Shown: positions 61,982-64,000 of the stretch, one piece after another
How the letters are laid out: the number at the start of each line of letters is the position of its first letter
Numbering within the stretch: position 1 is the first letter of the stretch
From: Vitrella brassicaformis CCMP3155
Taxonomy: Eukaryota; Protista; Chromerida
Assembly: GCA_001179505.1 (NCBI GenBank)
Contig: CDMY01000336.1
Span: 62,001-126,000 of the forward strand
Direction: 5' to 3'
Length of the DNA stretch: 64,000 nucleotides
Translations under genes and position numbers: made by a program
The notes under the pieces: generated by a model
Told to the model about the DNA's origin: nothing
What the model saw: only the letters and a program-made list of their open reading frames with translations
Database searches by the model: none

Positions 61982-64000
61982 TCACAGATGAGGGAAGAAT
62001 GTCTCAATCCTCTTGAGGAAGGCCCTAAACCGCCGCACAAACTCCTCGTTGTACTGCTCCTCAACACTGAATCGCTTCTGCCCGCCGGGCTGTTCCTCAG
62101 CCCTGCTCTGAATCACTCCCACCTGCATACCATGCAGACAGGCGCATCGGATCGTGCGCATCAATCGGCGTATCCATCCATCCAACCATCCCTTACTTAC
62201 CTCATGTATGTCGAGCAGGTGCTGCAGTTTCTTGTGCTGCCGGAGCGGCCCCAACACAGACGATGAGCTGCGCTGCGTCATTATGCCCGATCTCGTGCGG
62301 CCCCTGTCGATGTCCCGCAGCGTGGGCAGCCGCGCCATGCCCCTCCCCTGCTGCTGTCGGTCGCCATCTGCCGCAAGAGACACGGCTTTTTTTTCGCCGC
62401 CCACCTGGAATGAGGACTGCTGTCTTGACGGCTGCCGGAGGATGGACTTAGGCCGGGGCTCCTCCTCACGGGCCATGTCGTCTATGGCATCTCCAGTGAT
62501 GACGCAACCTCGCCTGCCGCGGGCTGCCTGTAGAGGGGGAGACAGATGGATGGGGGAATGTGTGAATGGGATCTTACGTGCTTTAGTGCCACGTCGGGAG
62601 TCTCGGTGAGGAAGGCACTGAGGGCACACAACAGAAAGGGCATCCATAATCGGGGAAACGACACACTCACGGTTTTCGAAACTTTGGGCTCCAGTCCTTG
62701 GGCGACTCGTCGACCTCGAGGGACTCATATGTGTATCCCCCACCCAGCACGGCGGACGACGCACTCGAGCTCATCGGAACAAGATCCTTCGCCTCCTCTG
62801 TCTCTACACTCACCTCTGTCTCACCAGCAATGCTCTCGTCTTCCTCCCGGCTTGCCGTCTTCTCCGGCCTCATGGTTCGATCCTGCATCGCCCTCTCCCG
62901 GCGTTTCTGTCTCTTAGCTGCCTCAGCCACGGCCAGCTGGTGGCGGAATCTTCGTTTGGTGACTTTGGTGTGGTGGTTGGAGGAAATGGTGTAGGCCTGC
63001 GAGAGGTCGACGCGCATCCGCTCCAGGAGCGCCATGCGTCCGAGGGCCTCACAGAACTCGTCGAATGTGAGGTCAGTCATGCCGTCGAGGTGCTGGCTGT
63101 CCTCTGGCTGCCGCTTGCACAGACCGAAGACTGACATGGCGTCCTTGGCGGTGAATCCCTGAACAGGCGGACAGGCGGACAGGCGGACAGATGGATGGGT
63201 GCGATGGTAGGGGAATGGAAGGGCGTCAAGTCAATAGGGTGTGGCTGTTGGTGTTACAATGTTACTTACTGTGTCGAATATCTTGAGCATCTGGGTCAGG
63301 TCCACAAGATGAGACATGCTGTCGCCATAGCTGCATTCATCACCGTCATATGCACACAGCGACAACTGAAGGCAAATGGGCCCATTGCTCACTTGGTGTA
63401 TAGCTTCTTGAGCCTCTTTCGATGATCCAGGATGGCAATCTTGACCTGAGCAACAACAAAAATGTTCGCAGCTTCTCAGCCCTGCCTGCCGGAATTCCCT
63501 CGCTGCGCTGACCGACCTGCGGGAGTCTCATAGGGTGTCTTGGAAAAGGCGAGAATGGAAACACCAGCAGTCTTGGGAACACACACCCATTCATCAGCTG
63601 GTGGAAGGCCGCCGACACAGGTACATCCTCATACACCTTGACACTCAGTCGAATCAGCAGCTCCATCAGGTGATGCCGACACAGAGGCGCCAATGTCTCG
63701 GAAGTGGACGTCAGCGGCAGCAACGTCCCGCCGCGCATTGTGTCATTAGGCGGCACCTTCAGCGTCTGAAAGATCAGCTGCTGCAGGTCGGCCAAGGACA
63801 GCTCGGGGAGCATCTCAACCTCCGCCGGGGGATCTCGGTCAGCCGATCCAAGGACCCCGCCCTGCCGCCTGTGCAGCCGGAGGACGTTCAGCAGCGATGG
63901 GTCTCGGGGGAAGCACCCCAGCAGGTGGAAGAGGTCGTATAGGTCGAGTTGTGCCAGTAGCGGCCACGCTGTGCTGCGGCCGGCGATGATGGCCCACACT
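61982..64000 (-). CDS. Hypothetical multi-exon protein (5'-partial) with degenerate EF-hand-like helices
   Basis: LCRHHLMELLIRLSVKVYE; LVDLTQMLKIFD; DGMTDLTFDEFCEALGRMAL. Stop at the end of ORF 61982..62764. Confidence 0.55.

Noticed and set aside
1-64000. Abundant (CA)n, (GACA)n, (GGAT)n and (GAGG)n runs as possible CRISPR or satellite arrays
   Set aside because: They are short intronic microsatellites with no repeat-spacer structure.

Overview
Intron-rich eukaryotic DNA with introns full of (CA)n, (GACA)n, (GGAT)n and (GAGG)n microsatellites. The gene content (class XXII/MyoF-type myosin, a PPR protein with an apparent signal/plastid leader, an AP2-like motif) suggests a chromerid alveolate such as Vitrella brassicaformis; this is inference. 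Recognisable genes: a MyoF-like myosin (motor, 6 IQ, coiled coil, Rab-like domain, WD40), a divergent cyclin, a PNKP-type DNA 3'-phosphatase, a BRCT-WGR PARP, a PPR(-SMR) protein, a SERAC1-like hydrolase, a PTB-like RRM gene, a degenerate DnaJ and several hypotheticals. The most unusual signal is a roughly 2-kb intron-containing cassette present three times (about 29.7-31.7 kb +, 38.6-40.8 kb -, 55.6-58.8 kb +). It splices in frame onto unrelated N-terminal exons (a novel beta-rich domain; PTB RRM1-2), and its copies are patchwork mosaics of one another. One copy lies in a 4.1-kb block bounded by a 39-bp direct repeat of the PNKP coding end. A second oddity is a 4-kb segment (13.4-17.5 kb) bounded by inverted repeats and filled with fragments of other genes. 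Gene models were built by eye from GT-AG junctions and are approximate. There are two 300-N gaps. I saw no rRNA, tRNA, CRISPR array or transposase.
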